From Candidatus Eiseniibacteriota bacterium (GTDB lineage: Bacteria; Eisenbacteria; RBG-16-71-46; CAVPCR01): a stretch of 64,000 nt of DNA. The position numbers and the translations under genes were made by a program. Numbering within the stretch: the first letter of the stretch is position 1; each line of letters starts with the position of its first letter. Where the stretch lies: the NCBI GenBank assembly GCA_963823555.1, contig CAWGMA010000001.1, positions 1,600,001-1,664,000 of the forward strand, in the 5' to 3' direction. The notes under the pieces are model-generated. The model saw nothing but the letters and a program-made list of their open reading frames with translations. It did not search any database and was not told the origin of the DNA. Positions 1 through 11,061 of this stretch are shown here, piece after piece.

Positions 1-419
1 CGGAACTCGAAGGCATAGCGGTGGCCTGGCGGAAGTTCCGCGAGGAAGCGACCGAGGAGGGCTGCATCCTTCCGCAGGTAGGGCGGGAGCTGGAAGAGGA
101 TGGGGCCGAGCTTCTCCCCCAGGGTCTCGGCCGTGGTCACGAAGGTGCGCACTGAATCGCCCGCATCCCTGAGCTTCTGGATATGGGTGATGCGCTGCGA
201 GGCCTTGAGCACGAAGACGAAGTCCGCGGGTGTCGACTCGGCCCAGTTCGCCAGCGTCTTCACCGTGGGCAAATGGCGAAAGGTGTAGTTGATCTCCACC
301 GCGGGCAAACGCGAGGCATAGAAGGAGAGCATCTTCTTGTCCGGAAGATCCGCCGGATAGAAGCTCCCCTTCCACTCCTTGAAGCTGTACCCGGAGGTAC
401 CGACCCTGAGGATGGCCAT
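1..419 (-). CDS. DUF72 domain protein (YecE-like), running off the window start
   Basis: Manual translation from ATG at 419: MAILRVGTSGYSFKEWKGSFYP...AVEINYTFRHLP...FVFVLKASQRITH, typical DUF72 motifs; GGAGGAG SD upstream. Confidence 0.9.
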   Translation of the reverse strand, partial: MAILRVGTSGYSFKEWKGSFYPADLPDKKMLSFYASRLPAVEINYTFRHLPTVKTLANWAESTPADFVFVLKASQRITHIQKLRDAGDSVRTFVTTAETLGEKLGPILFQLPPYLRKDAALLGRFLAELPPGHRYAFEF

Positions 420-542
420 CGGACTCCTCCTCTGTTGCTGTCACATCCTCGCTAGCCCCACGGAGCATGCAGAAGGACCGGCGCCCATGCTATGGTTTTG
501 TCCCGGGTGAGCCCGAGGGTCGCCTGCCGGTGCGAGGATGCC

Positions 543-1826
543 ATGACGGTCCCCCTCCAAGCCCCTCTCGAGTTCGCCAGCGGCGAGCGCTACGATCCGG
601 GCGCGGTGCCCTATCGCGCCAGCATCCTCCGACCAGGGCGCCGCCCGCCGGCCGACCTCGAAACGCGCTTGCTCGAACGATTGCGCTTACCGACCGCCGG
701 CCCGCCGCTCGTGCCCCATGCGCCGGCGCTCGTGCTCGTCCCCGATGCCACTCGCGCCACGTTCGTGCGTCCCATGGTGGGCGCGGTGATCGAGCATCTC
801 CTCGACCGGGGCCTCTCCCCCGCCGACGTCCATGTGCTGATCGCCGGCGGCCTGCACCGTCCTCCGAGCCCAGAGGAACTCCGGAAGCTCATCGGCCCCC
901 GAGTCGATGGGGGCTATCGCGTTCACCTCCATGACGCCGACGATCCGGCGCTCATCCATTGCGGAACCACGCGGCGAGGCACCCCGGTCTGGCTCCCGCG
1001 TCTCGTCACCGAGGCCCGCACGCTGGTCATCGTTGGCGGTATCACTCCGCACTACTTCGCCGGGTGGACCGGCGGCTTGAAAGGGCTCGTGCCCGGGGCG
1101 GCTGGCCGCGCCACGGTCACGTCCAACCATCGCCTCGCCGTCGCCCCCGATCTCCCGGGAGGCCTCCACCCGGCCTGTCGAGAAGGCGTGCTGCGCGGCA
1201 ATCCGGTACAGGCCGATCTCGTCGCCGCCGCCAGATTCGCCCCGCCATCGTTCCTCGTCAATGTCGTCCTCGGCCGCGAAGGCGAGCCCCAGGCCGTCAT
1301 GACCGGGAGTGCGAGTGAAGCACATCGTGCCGGCGTGACGCTGGCGCGACGGGTCGTCGGCGTGCGCGTCGAGCCCTTCGACCTCGCCATCGTGGGCGCG
1401 GGCGCTCCAGGGCGCGAGCGCGACTGGATCCAGGCCCACAAGGTCGTGCGCCAGGGTGCGGCGTGCGTGGCCGACGGCGGCGTCTTGATCGCCCTCCTCG
1501 CCTGTCCGGACGGTGTCGGCTCCGACACCCTGCTCGACTGGTTCGACGTCGATCCGCACCGACTTGCCACGGAAGTGGCGTCCCGCTACACGCTGCACGG
1601 GCACACCGCCCTGGCCATGCGAGCGCTCACCCGCCGCATCCGGGTCCTTCTCGTCACCCACCTGGCACCCGAGGTGGTGCACAAGATGGGCATGCTGCAC
1701 GCTGCCTCGCTGGACGAAGCGTTGTCCGTGGCCGCCGCCACCCTTTCCCCAAGAGCCCGTGCGCTGCTGCTCCCCCGGGCGGGAACGCTCCTTCCGCTCC
1801 AGCCGGTCCTCAAGCTCGCGCATTGA
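543..1826 (+). CDS. LarA-family nickel-pincer racemase/epimerase (lactate racemase domain)
   Basis: Motifs PDATR, GLHRP, HYFAGWTGGLK, SNH, QAHK match LarA catalytic and cofactor-binding residues; start ATG 543 chosen within ORF 492..1826. Confidence 0.85.
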   Translation: MTVPLQAPLEFASGERYDPGAVPYRASILRPGRRPPADLETRLLERLRLPTAGPPLVPHAPALVLVPDATRATFVRPMVGAVIEHLLDRGLSPADVHVLIAGGLHRPPSPEELRKLIGPRVDGGYRVHLHDADDPALIHCGTTRRGTPVWLPRLVTEARTLVIVGGITPHYFAGWTGGLKGLVPGAAGRATVTSNHRLAVAPDLPGGLHPACREGVLRGNPVQADLVAAARFAPPSFLVNVVLGREGEPQAVMTGSASEAHRAGVTLARRVVGVRVEPFDLAIVGAGAPGRERDWIQAHKVVRQGAACVADGGVLIALLACPDGVGSDTLLDWFDVDPHRLATEVASRYTLHGHTALAMRALTRRIRVLLVTHLAPEVVHKMGMLHAASLDEALSVAAATLSPRARALLLPRAGTLLPLQPVLKLAH

Positions 1827-1922
1827 CGTTGAGGCCGTCCTGCGCCACGCTCTGGGTGATCCTATCCGTCCCCCGGGCACCGCCGCGCGGCGCGCATCCC
1901 GGTCGCGCCGAGGAGGAAACTG

Positions 1923-2612
1923 ATGAAGAAGAAAGTGGGCGTGATCCTGTCCGGATGCGGTGTCTTCGATGGCGCCGAGATCCACGAGGCCGTCCTCACC
2001 ATGCTGGCGCTCGACCGCGCCGGTGCTGAGATCGTTTGCATGGCTCCCAACAAGGACCAGGTCGACGTCATCGACCACCTGAGCGGGCAGCCGACCGGCG
2101 AGAAGCGCAACGTACTCGTCGAGGCCGCACGCATCGCCCGCGGCAAGATCCACGATGTCGCCAAGGTCAAGGCCGGCGATCTCGACGCGGTCGTTCTCCC
2201 TGGGGGGTTCGGCGCCGCCAAGAACCTCTCGAGCTTCGCCAGCGCCGGAGCCCAGTGCCAGGTCGAACCCAGCGTGGCGAGCTTGCTGCGCGAGCTTCAT
2301 GCCCAGGGTAAGCCCATCGCCGCGCTCTGTATCGCTCCGGCGGTCGTGGCCAAGGTATTCGGCAACGACATCCATCCGCAGCTCACGATCGGCAAGGACC
2401 CGGCGACAGCCAAGCAGATCAGCGCCACTGGCGCCCAGCATGTCGACGCCGGCACGGTCGATGTCGTCGTCGACCGCAAGAACAAGATCGTCTCCACCCC
2501 GTGCTACATGCTCGCCGGGCGCATCAGCGAGGTGGCAACCGGGGCCGAGAAGGCGGTCAACGCGCTGCTCGAGTTGGCTGGAGCACCCGCTCACGCCGCC
2601 GGAGCGCGGTGA
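1923..2612 (+). CDS. elbB: ElbB glyoxalase (DJ-1/PfpI superfamily)
   Basis: MKKKVGVILSGCGVFDGAEIHE, PGGFGAAKNL, CIAP, STPCYM; AGGAGG SD. Confidence 0.93.
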   Translation: MKKKVGVILSGCGVFDGAEIHEAVLTMLALDRAGAEIVCMAPNKDQVDVIDHLSGQPTGEKRNVLVEAARIARGKIHDVAKVKAGDLDAVVLPGGFGAAKNLSSFASAGAQCQVEPSVASLLRELHAQGKPIAALCIAPAVVAKVFGNDIHPQLTIGKDPATAKQISATGAQHVDAGTVDVVVDRKNKIVSTPCYMLAGRISEVATGAEKAVNALLELAGAPAHAAGAR

Positions 2613-3403
2613 GACAGCCGGGGCGGCGGAGGCGAGAAGGCAAGTCCTTCAGCGTGCTCGCCGTTCTCATCGCTCTGGCCCTCGTCGGCAGTGGATGCCG
2701 GGGCCATCAACAGCCCGGCGGGGAGATCCTCGTCTTCGCCGCGGTGAGCACGAGCGACGCGCTCGCCCAGATCGGCCGCGAGTTCACCGTAGCTTCCGGC
2801 ATCACGGTTCGGTTCTCGTTCGGCGCCTCGAACATCCTGGCTCGCCAGCTCGTGACGGGAGCTCCAGCGGATGTTTTCGTCTCCGCCGATCGCGCCCAGA
2901 TGGACGAGCTCGAGCAGATCGGGCTCGTACGCCGGAGCGAACGCCGCGATCTGCTCGCGAACGTGCTCGTGGTGGTCGTTCCGAAGGAGGGCCGCATCGA
3001 CCTCGCCGGGGCCGACGATCTCCTCATGGTCGAGCGCCTGGCCATCGCCGATCCCGAGGGCGTTCCGGCCGGTGTCTACGCCAGGGAGTGGCTCTCGACG
3101 CGTGGCTTGTGGCGGGCCGTCGCCCAACGCCTCATCCCGACTTCCGACGTGAGGGCCGCACTCGCCGCGGTCGAGTCCGGAAGCGTGGACGCAGCGATCG
3201 TCTATCGCACCGATGCCGCCATCTCGCGCCGCGCCCGGGTCGCCTTCACGATTCCTGAGGCGGAGGGGCCGCGTATCCGCTACCAGGTGGCCCCGCTTGC
3301 CGGCGGTCGTAACCCCGACGCGGCGCGCGCCTTCATCACCTTCCTCGCGGGGCGAGAAGCACAGGCGATCTTCGCCCGCCATGGGTTCATCCCGCTCATC
3401 TAG
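2609..3403 (+). CDS. modA: Molybdate ABC transporter substrate-binding lipoprotein
   Basis: VFAAVS, FGASNILARQ..GAPADVFVSA, VPAGVYA, IVYRTDA; hydrophobic stretch ending GSGC; GTG start overlapping the elbB stop (start uncertain). Confidence 0.9.
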   Translation: MRQPGRRRREGKSFSVLAVLIALALVGSGCRGHQQPGGEILVFAAVSTSDALAQIGREFTVASGITVRFSFGASNILARQLVTGAPADVFVSADRAQMDELEQIGLVRRSERRDLLANVLVVVVPKEGRIDLAGADDLLMVERLAIADPEGVPAGVYAREWLSTRGLWRAVAQRLIPTSDVRAALAAVESGSVDAAIVYRTDAAISRRARVAFTIPEAEGPRIRYQVAPLAGGRNPDAARAFITFLAGREAQAIFARHGFIPLI

Positions 3404-3411
3404 GAAGGCCC

Positions 3412-4092
3412 ATGCCCACCGCCGAGGACCTGCGGATTCTGCTCTTCACGATCGAGGTCGCCGCCCTCGCCACGATCCTCATCCTGCCTCTGGGAATCGC
3501 CTCCGCGCTCTGGCTCGCGCGCTGGCGGGGTCCGGGCAAGCACGTGGTCGAGACGATGCTCTCCCTGCCGCTCGTTCTACCTCCAACCGCCGTCGGTCTG
3601 CTCCTCCTTGGCTTCGCCGGCCGCTCGGGCCCGCTCGGTCGCCTCCTGGCTGCCGCCGGCATCGAGATCGTCTTCACCTGGAAGGCGGTCGTCCTCGCCG
3701 TTGCCGTCATGTCGTTCCCGCTTCTCGTGCGTTCGGCGCGCACCGCGTTCGAGGAGGTGGACCCGCGGCTGGTCTCGATCGCGCGGACGCTCGGGCTCGG
3801 CCCGGCGGCGGTGTTCTCGCGTGTCCTCTTGCCGCTCGCCTGGCGCGGCATCCTGGCCGGAACATTGCTGGCGTTCACGCGGGCCCTCGGGGAGTTCGGG
3901 GCGACGATCCTCATCGCCGGCAACATTCCCGGTAAGACGCAGACACTTGCCCTCGCCATCTTCCAGCGTACGCAGACCGGCCACGATGATGCCGCTTTCC
4001 GGCTCGTCGGCCTCACGGTGCTGATCGCCTTCGTCGCGGTGTGGACGACCGAGATCATCACCCGCCGGCGCGGGCGCCGGCTCGAGAGCTGA
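3412..4092 (+). CDS. modB: Molybdate ABC transporter permease
   Basis: LPLVLPPTAVG, RALGEFGAT..AGNIPGKTQTL. Confidence 0.95.
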   Translation: MPTAEDLRILLFTIEVAALATILILPLGIASALWLARWRGPGKHVVETMLSLPLVLPPTAVGLLLLGFAGRSGPLGRLLAAAGIEIVFTWKAVVLAVAVMSFPLLVRSARTAFEEVDPRLVSIARTLGLGPAAVFSRVLLPLAWRGILAGTLLAFTRALGEFGATILIAGNIPGKTQTLALAIFQRTQTGHDDAAFRLVGLTVLIAFVAVWTTEIITRRRGRRLES

Positions 4093-4105
4093 GAGGAGAG
4101 CGCCG

Positions 4106-5188
<1,083 letters not shown>

Positions 5189-5225
5189 GAATCCCTCTCA
5201 TCCCCTGATCGCTGCATCGTTGGTG

Positions 5226-5257
5226 TTGATCAGGCCGCAATATTGCTGTATCATCAA
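5226..5257 (+). promoter_or_regulatory. Sigma70-like promoter overlapped by a dyad-symmetric operator-like site
   Basis: TTGATC(5226-31)-17 bp-TATCAT(5249-54); dyad TTGAT-N6-GCAATATTGC-N6-ATCAA centred at 5241.5. Confidence 0.55.
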
Positions 5258-5359
5258 GCACTGGTGGCGTTTGCACGACCCAGCGCCACTTGCGTACGCA
5301 ACCATGAGTCGCGTGGCCATCTCGAGCGGTCAAGGCGCGCACCGCGGAGGAATCAGCTG

Positions 5360-6259
5360 ATGACACGTTCGTTAAGGATCCTGAGCCTTGTGCTCTTCGC
5401 CACCCTGGCGGCCGGACTCTTCGCCTCGGCCACGGCCGAGCTGGTGATCCTCATGCCCGAGTCCACCAACAAGACCGTCCAGAAGTTCGATCCCGTGACC
5501 GGGGACCACCTCGGCACCTTCATCGGCCCCGATGACGCCAATCTCTCGACTCCCCAGCAGTGCGCTGTCAACGTCACCGGGGTCCTCGTCTCAGATCAGC
5601 TTGACGACGCCGTTCGGCAGTACGACTTCAACGGCGGCTTCGTCGGCACCTTCGCCGGCGGCCTCGACAACCTGCGCGGCATCACCGCGCACAATGGCAA
5701 GCTGTACTGCGCGGTCGCGGGCACGGCCCAGAACTCGATCATCCACTTCGATCTCGACAGCGGGGCGCCGCTCGGCGATTTCATCGCGGCTGGCGTCGGC
5801 GGCATCAACGGCCCCTGGGACATCCTCTTCCGCACCGAGGGCGATGTCCTCGTCGTCTCGATCAACTCCGACAACATCCTTCGCTACGACATCGATGGCA
5901 ATCCTCTCGGCGTGTTCGCATCCAACGTCCCGTTTGGTGAGCAGATCATCCAGGCGGCGAATGGCAACGTCATCTGCGCCGACTTCACGCGCGGCGCCCT
6001 CCTCGAGTTCCTCCCGGACGGCACGGAGATCGCGGCTCTGAGCGGCGTCAGCGGCCCCCGGGGTGTCTTCGAGCTCCCCAACGGGAACCTCCTCGCGTCG
6101 AACGGAAGCGGTGTCTACGAGGTCGGTCGCGGTTCCGGCGGCATCGTCAGCACCAAGCTCACGGGAGTGAGCGCTCGCATGTTCCAGCTCATCGATCTCG
6201 AGCCGCCGGTGGCGGTCGAGCCCGCGACCTGGGGCGGCATCAAGGCGCGATTCCAGTAG
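5360..6259 (+). CDS. Secreted beta-propeller (NHL/Vgb-like repeat) protein with C-terminal TWGxIK tail
   Basis: Signal peptide MTRSLRILSLVLFATLAAGLFASATA; repeated 'YD..G..lG.F' blades; ends VAVEPATWGGIKARFQ; GGAGG SD before ATG 5360. Confidence 0.8.
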   Translation: MTRSLRILSLVLFATLAAGLFASATAELVILMPESTNKTVQKFDPVTGDHLGTFIGPDDANLSTPQQCAVNVTGVLVSDQLDDAVRQYDFNGGFVGTFAGGLDNLRGITAHNGKLYCAVAGTAQNSIIHFDLDSGAPLGDFIAAGVGGINGPWDILFRTEGDVLVVSINSDNILRYDIDGNPLGVFASNVPFGEQIIQAANGNVICADFTRGALLEFLPDGTEIAALSGVSGPRGVFELPNGNLLASNGSGVYEVGRGSGGIVSTKLTGVSARMFQLIDLEPPVAVEPATWGGIKARFQ

Positions 6260-6295
6260 AAACCAAGCGGACACCACGTCGCCCGGCATCGTGAC

Positions 6296-6329
6296 AAGGG
6301 GCATCGCTCGCAGGAGCGATGCCCCTTTT
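6296..6329 (+). terminator. Intrinsic terminator
   Basis: Perfect 14-bp stem AAGGGGCATCGCTC-gcag-GAGCGATGCCCCTT ending in a short T run. Confidence 0.75.
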
Positions 6330-6430
6330 CCTAGCAGCCGCAGGCGGGCGTTTAGGTCTGGCTTTGGCTTCTCATGTGCAGTATCGTCACCCCGAAAGCG
6401 GTTCGACCCCGATGATGGAGGAGGAAGCGA

Positions 6431-6658
6431 ATGCCCAGACACCCGGGCGCCCATCGCGCAGAGAAGCGGCGGAAGGAGCTCAAGCGCCAGAAGAAGCAGG
6501 AGGCCAAGCGGCTCCGCCGCGACGAGAAGTCTCAATCCCAGCGTGAGGACGGTTCCCCTGACGAAGCCAATCCCGATCAGGAGATGGAACGAGATCTGGT
6601 GGATTCAGTGACAGCCGAGGACGCACCAGCCGCCGAACAAGGCGAGCGCGACGCGTGA
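6431..6658 (+). CDS. Small charged hypothetical protein (basic N-half, acidic C-half)
   Basis: 75 aa, strong GGAGGAGG SD, EKRRKELKRQKKQEAK coiled segment. Confidence 0.6.
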   Translation: MPRHPGAHRAEKRRKELKRQKKQEAKRLRRDEKSQSQREDGSPDEANPDQEMERDLVDSVTAEDAPAAEQGERDA

Positions 6659-6719
6659 CGGTTCGCTCCGCATCCCGTCCCCCCCATCGCCGCCGGCATG
6701 AGCCCCCACGAGGTTCCCT

Positions 6720-7919
6720 CTAAGCGCCGTGCCCCAGTGCGCTGAAGAACTCGATCAGGCGATCCGTGCGCCGATCCCACGTATAGGCGGCGACATCGGT
6801 CCGCGCCTGCGCCGCGAGCCCGGCACCGAGCGCGCAGTCCCCGAGAACCGCCGCCATCCCGGCGGCGAGCGCCGCCGGCGATTCCGGTTCGACGAGGAAT
6901 GCGTTCTCCCGGTGGCGTAGCACCTCCCGGATCGCAGGCAAGTCGGCCGCCACGATCGGCACGCCGCTTGCCATGTACTCGAAGAGCTTGATCGGGGAGG
7001 AGAAGAAGCCCCCCATCACCGTGCGCCGGTTCGGCAGCACGAGACAGTCCGCCCGGCGGTAGAGATCCCGGACTTCCCCGTGGGGCACCAATCCACGGAA
7101 GCGCACCCGCTCGGCCACGCCTTCCCCACGGGCGAAGGTCTCGAGCGCGCCGAGCCGGGAACCCCCGGGATCACCCCCCACGATCTCGAGCGACGCCTCC
7201 GCCGGAAGATCGCGCATGGCCGCGATCACGAGCTCGACGCCCTTCCAGTCCAGAAGCTGCCCCGCATAGAGAACGAGCGGCTGGATGCTCGCCGCGGTGG
7301 AACCGGCCTCCCCCGCCAACGCCGTTCCACTGCGAATCGTCGTTATCGGGAGTGGGCGCCGCACCGCGCGCTCGAGAAGCTGCCGCGTGATATCGGTGAT
7401 CGCGATGGCGCCGTCGGCTCCTTCCAGCGCTCGCGCCTCCGGAAGATCCGGTATCGGCCTGTCGTCGGCGCAGAGAGCCTCGACCTCCGCATAGGACCGA
7501 TCGAGGAGGGACGGCAAGTCGTGCACCTCGATCACGATGCGAAACCGGGCGCCCGCGAGCCGCCTGAGGCGCACGAGCTCTCGCACCGTGCGGAACCTCC
7601 TCACGAGGACGACGAGCTCCCCCGACCTCCCGGCGCCGTGGTGGCGGACCAGCATACGCAACCAGTGCCAGCGGCTGGCGAGGCTGGCATGGCTGCGACG
7701 GCTCGACGGCGAGAGGTGAATCTCGAGCGCGCGCGGCGCAGAGAACCCGTAACGACCGAGTCCATCCGCGATCGACTCGACGGGGAGCTCGGGGTTCGGC
7801 TTCGCGAACAGGTGAGTCTCGATACCGCGAGCTGCCAGGCCGACACCCGTGTACAGCATCTGCACGGTATGGGCCCGCTCACTGGGGAAGAAGAACTGAT
7901 GCAGGTAGACGACGATCAT
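6720..7919 (-). CDS. Glycosyltransferase family 4
   Basis: YAGQLLDWKG, SPIKLFEYMASGVPIVA. Confidence 0.9.
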   Translation of the reverse strand: MIVVYLHQFFFPSERAHTVQMLYTGVGLAARGIETHLFAKPNPELPVESIADGLGRYGFSAPRALEIHLSPSSRRSHASLASRWHWLRMLVRHHGAGRSGELVVLVRRFRTVRELVRLRRLAGARFRIVIEVHDLPSLLDRSYAEVEALCADDRPIPDLPEARALEGADGAIAITDITRQLLERAVRRPLPITTIRSGTALAGEAGSTAASIQPLVLYAGQLLDWKGVELVIAAMRDLPAEASLEIVGGDPGGSRLGALETFARGEGVAERVRFRGLVPHGEVRDLYRRADCLVLPNRRTVMGGFFSSPIKLFEYMASGVPIVAADLPAIREVLRHRENAFLVEPESPAALAAGMAAVLGDCALGAGLAAQARTDVAAYTWDRRTDRLIEFFSALGHGA

Positions 7920-9037
7920 GGCCCCGGCCGGATCCCGAAGACGAGACGCCGAAAATAGGCTTCGATGCGAGTGACGACCGGAGGAAAGGCGAACTCGCGT
8001 TCGACCAGAGCGCGACCGGCCGCGCCCTGGCGCGCGCGGAGAGCGGAATCCCCGAGCAGTTCGCCGACCCGCGCCGCGAAGGCGGTCCCATCGCCGGGGG
8101 GAACGAGGAAACCCGTTACCGCGTCGCGGACGATGTCCGGACTATCGCCGACCGCGCTCGCCACGACCGGGCGGCCGACGGCCATGGCCTCGAGGATCAC
8201 GTTCGGGAAGCCCTCGGCAAGAGATGGCAAGACCACCACATCCGAGGCGGCCAGCAACGCAGCCGCATCGTTGCGATGGCCGGTCATGATCACGATGTCC
8301 TCGAGCCCCAGACGGGCACGCTCCGCCTCGATCGCCTCCCGCTCCGCCCCATCCCCGACCACCAGGTAGCGCGCGGCAGGAAAGCGGGCGCGGAGCCGCG
8401 CGGCCGCCGTGAGGAGAATCGTGTGTCCCTTCTGGCCGGAAAGCCGAGCCAGATGGAGCACCACCTGCCCCTCTCCAGCGGTGGGAAGCCCTTCGATGCC
8501 GGCGATGGCGGCCCGCTCCGGGCGATAGGGAAACACGTCGACGTCGACGCCGTTCGGCACGACCTCGATCGGCACCCGGAGCCAGGAGAAGGTCTCAAGA
8601 TGGTCGGCGATCGAACGAGCCGGCGTGAGAATGCCATCGACGAGATGGGCGTACGTCAGACGATAACGCCAGTTGTCAGCGATGAGGGGCAATCCCTTCC
8701 GGCAGATCACGCGTGGGCCACGTTTTCCCAGACTCCGCGCGGCCAGACCCGAGAGCCGGACTTCCTTGTCGAACGTGTTGACGACCAGGTCCGCCTCGAA
8801 GTCGCTCATGAGCGCACGGAGCCGCGAGAAGGTGAACGGATCGAGATCACTCGCGAACCTCACGGCATGGCTGGAGAGCCGGGCCGCCGTCGCGGCGGCG
8901 AGAAGGCGGCTCTGCGGGCGCGCGGCGACCGCCACGGCATGCCCTCGTCCCACGAGCGCCTCGGCCATTCGCACTACCCACTTCTCTCCGCCTCCCCACA
9001 GCGTCTGGCGCGCCGAGGACACGAAGAGAGCACGCAC
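7916..9037 (-). CDS. Glycosyltransferase family 4
   Basis: WGGGEKW, ARLSGQKGH, EGFPNVILEAMAVGRPVVAS; GTG 9037 taken as start. Confidence 0.9.
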   Translation of the reverse strand: MRALFVSSARQTLWGGGEKWVVRMAEALVGRGHAVAVAARPQSRLLAAATAARLSSHAVRFASDLDPFTFSRLRALMSDFEADLVVNTFDKEVRLSGLAARSLGKRGPRVICRKGLPLIADNWRYRLTYAHLVDGILTPARSIADHLETFSWLRVPIEVVPNGVDVDVFPYRPERAAIAGIEGLPTAGEGQVVLHLARLSGQKGHTILLTAAARLRARFPAARYLVVGDGAEREAIEAERARLGLEDIVIMTGHRNDAAALLAASDVVVLPSLAEGFPNVILEAMAVGRPVVASAVGDSPDIVRDAVTGFLVPPGDGTAFAARVGELLGDSALRARQGAAGRALVEREFAFPPVVTRIEAYFRRLVFGIRPGP

Positions 9038-9081
9038 GCCCGGGCCACCATCGAGCGCAGCGCCGCGCTGGACCGACAAGG

Positions 9082-9837
9082 CTAGCGGTGCCGCCACACC
9101 GGTGGCCGGCGCTCCATGAACGACTTGAGTCCCTCCGTGGCATCCTCGGTCGCCATGAGCTCCTCGAGGTAGAGCCGTTCGATCGCTCGCAGATTGTCGG
9201 TGCACGCGCGCCCCAGAGCCAGGGCGCGGCGGGCATGACGGAGTGCGGCATCCGAGTTGCGGAGGAGCTGATCGAGCAGCGTCTCGAGAGCTGGATCGAG
9301 CTCACCGGGCGCGGCGACCCGGCTCGCCAGACCGAGCTCGACCGCCCGCGCCCCGCTCATCTCCTCCCCGGTGAGGATCAAGTCCGCGACCACGGCGTCG
9401 GCAAAGCGCCCGGGAAAGCGCGCCGCCGCCCAGGGTGGGAAGACTCCGAGACGGATCTCCGGAACCCCGAGGCGGCAGTCGGCGGTCACCACGACGAGAT
9501 CGCACGCCAGCGCCACCTCGAAACCTCCGCCCAGGGCGGCGCCATGCACCGCCGCCACCGACACCGCGGGCATCGCCTCGAGTCGGGTCAAGACCGCGTG
9601 GAAGAGACGGATCATGTCCTCGACCTTCTCCGGCACGTGGTCGGCGACATCGACTCCGGCCGAGAACACCTTGCCTTCACCACGCAACACGATGACCGCC
9701 TCCTTCGCCTCCGCGAGAGCACGATCAAGCTCGGCAAGGAGCTCCAGGTGGATCACGTTCACCGGTGGCCGGCGGAGCCGGATCTCGCACACCCGGCCAT
9801 CGCGGATCCGCTTGACGTCGATATGCTTCGCATCCAT
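9082..9837 (-). CDS. Enoyl-CoA hydratase/isomerase (crotonase family)
   Basis: FSAGVDV, ALGGGFE, GVPEIRLGVFPP. Confidence 0.9.
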   Translation of the reverse strand: MDAKHIDVKRIRDGRVCEIRLRRPPVNVIHLELLAELDRALAEAKEAVIVLRGEGKVFSAGVDVADHVPEKVEDMIRLFHAVLTRLEAMPAVSVAAVHGAALGGGFEVALACDLVVVTADCRLGVPEIRLGVFPPWAAARFPGRFADAVVADLILTGEEMSGARAVELGLASRVAAPGELDPALETLLDQLLRNSDAALRHARRALALGRACTDNLRAIERLYLEELMATEDATEGLKSFMERRPPVWRHR

Positions 9838-9858
9838 GCCTTGTTCCTCCCCCGTTCA

Positions 9859-11061
9859 CTAGCGGTGCAGGAGCGCCGCCATCCCCTGGCCTCCAGACAC
9901 GCAGAGCGTGGCCATTCCGAGCGGTGCGTCCCGCCGCCGCATCTCGTGGGCGAGGGTGACCACGATCCGAGCTCCGGTGCACCCGATCGGATGCCCGAGG
10001 GCGATCGCCCCGCCGAGAACATTCATCCGCTCACGATCCAGGTGGAGCTCGCGGTCACAGGCGAGGACCTGAGCGGCGAATGCCTCGTTGAGCTCGATGA
10101 GATCGATCTTCTCGAGCTCGACCCCGGTGCGTTCGAGAAGTCGTTTGACCGCAGGGACCGGTCCGATGCCCATCTCCGCGGGATCGACGCCGGCGGAGGT
10201 GAAGGGGCCGATCCGCGCCAGCAGGCCATTCTCGAGCGGCCCCGTGACGAGCTCCTGCGCCCTGCGCGCGCTGACGAGAACCAGGGCTGCAGCGCCGTCG
10301 ACAATCCCGGATGAATTGCCGGCCGTCACCGTGCCGTTCTTGCGGAAGACCGGCTTCAGCTTGCCCAGGCCTTCGATGGTCGTCTCGGGGCGCGGGTGCT
10401 CGTCGCTGTCGATGATGGTCTCTCCCGCGCGGCCGGCAACGCGCACCGGCACGATCTCGTCCCGGAATCGACCGGCGGCGATCGCAACCTGGGCCCGGCG
10501 CTGACTCTCGAGCGCGAACGCATCCTGCTCCTCACGCGGGATACCGTAACGATCGACGAGATTCTCCGCGGTCTCCCCCATCACCTGGTTGGCGATCCGA
10601 CACACGAACCCATCGCGGTACATGCCATCCATGAGCTCGATGGCGCCCAGCTTGTGGCCGGTGCGCAGCCCCTCGATCATGAAGGGCACGCGCGACATGT
10701 TCTCGGTACCGCCGACGACCACGACCTCGGCATCGCCCGCGGAGATCGCATGAGCACCGAGCTCGATCGACTTGAGCCCCGAGGCGCAGGCCATGTTCAT
10801 GGTGTACGCCGGGGCCTCGATCGGCAGCCCGGCGGCGACCGCGATCTGCCGCGCCGGATTGGGACCGACCCCGGCCTGGCGGGCGTTGCCGAAGATGAGG
10901 CCGTCCACCTCCTCGGGACGCACGCCGGCGCGCTCGATGGCGGCGCGGACGGCGACCACTCCGAGTTCGACAGCGCTGATTCCTGAAAGACCGCCGAGGA
11001 AGCGCCCGATCGGCGTCCTGACGGCGGATGCTATGAAGGCCGCGGCTCCGCTCTGCTTCAT
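9859..11061 (-). CDS. Acetyl-CoA C-acyltransferase (thiolase)
   Basis: [32 protein letters not shown]. Confidence 0.95.
   Translation of the reverse strand: MKQSGAAAFIASAVRTPIGRFLGGLSGISAVELGVVAVRAAIERAGVRPEEVDGLIFGNARQAGVGPNPARQIAVAAGLPIEAPAYTMNMACASGLKSIELGAHAISAGDAEVVVVGGTENMSRVPFMIEGLRTGHKLGAIELMDGMYRDGFVCRIANQVMGETAENLVDRYGIPREEQDAFALESQRRAQVAIAAGRFRDEIVPVRVAGRAGETIIDSDEHPRPETTIEGLGKLKPVFRKNGTVTAGNSSGIVDGAAALVLVSARRAQELVTGPLENGLLARIGPFTSAGVDPAEMGIGPVPAVKRLLERTGVELEKIDLIELNEAFAAQVLACDRELHLDRERMNVLGGAIALGHPIGCTGARIVVTLAHEMRRRDAPLGMATLCVSGGQGMAALLHR

Noticed and set aside
1827..1922. Moco riboswitch or ModE box ahead of elbB-modABC
   Set aside because: No recognisable consensus in this short GC-rich spacer.
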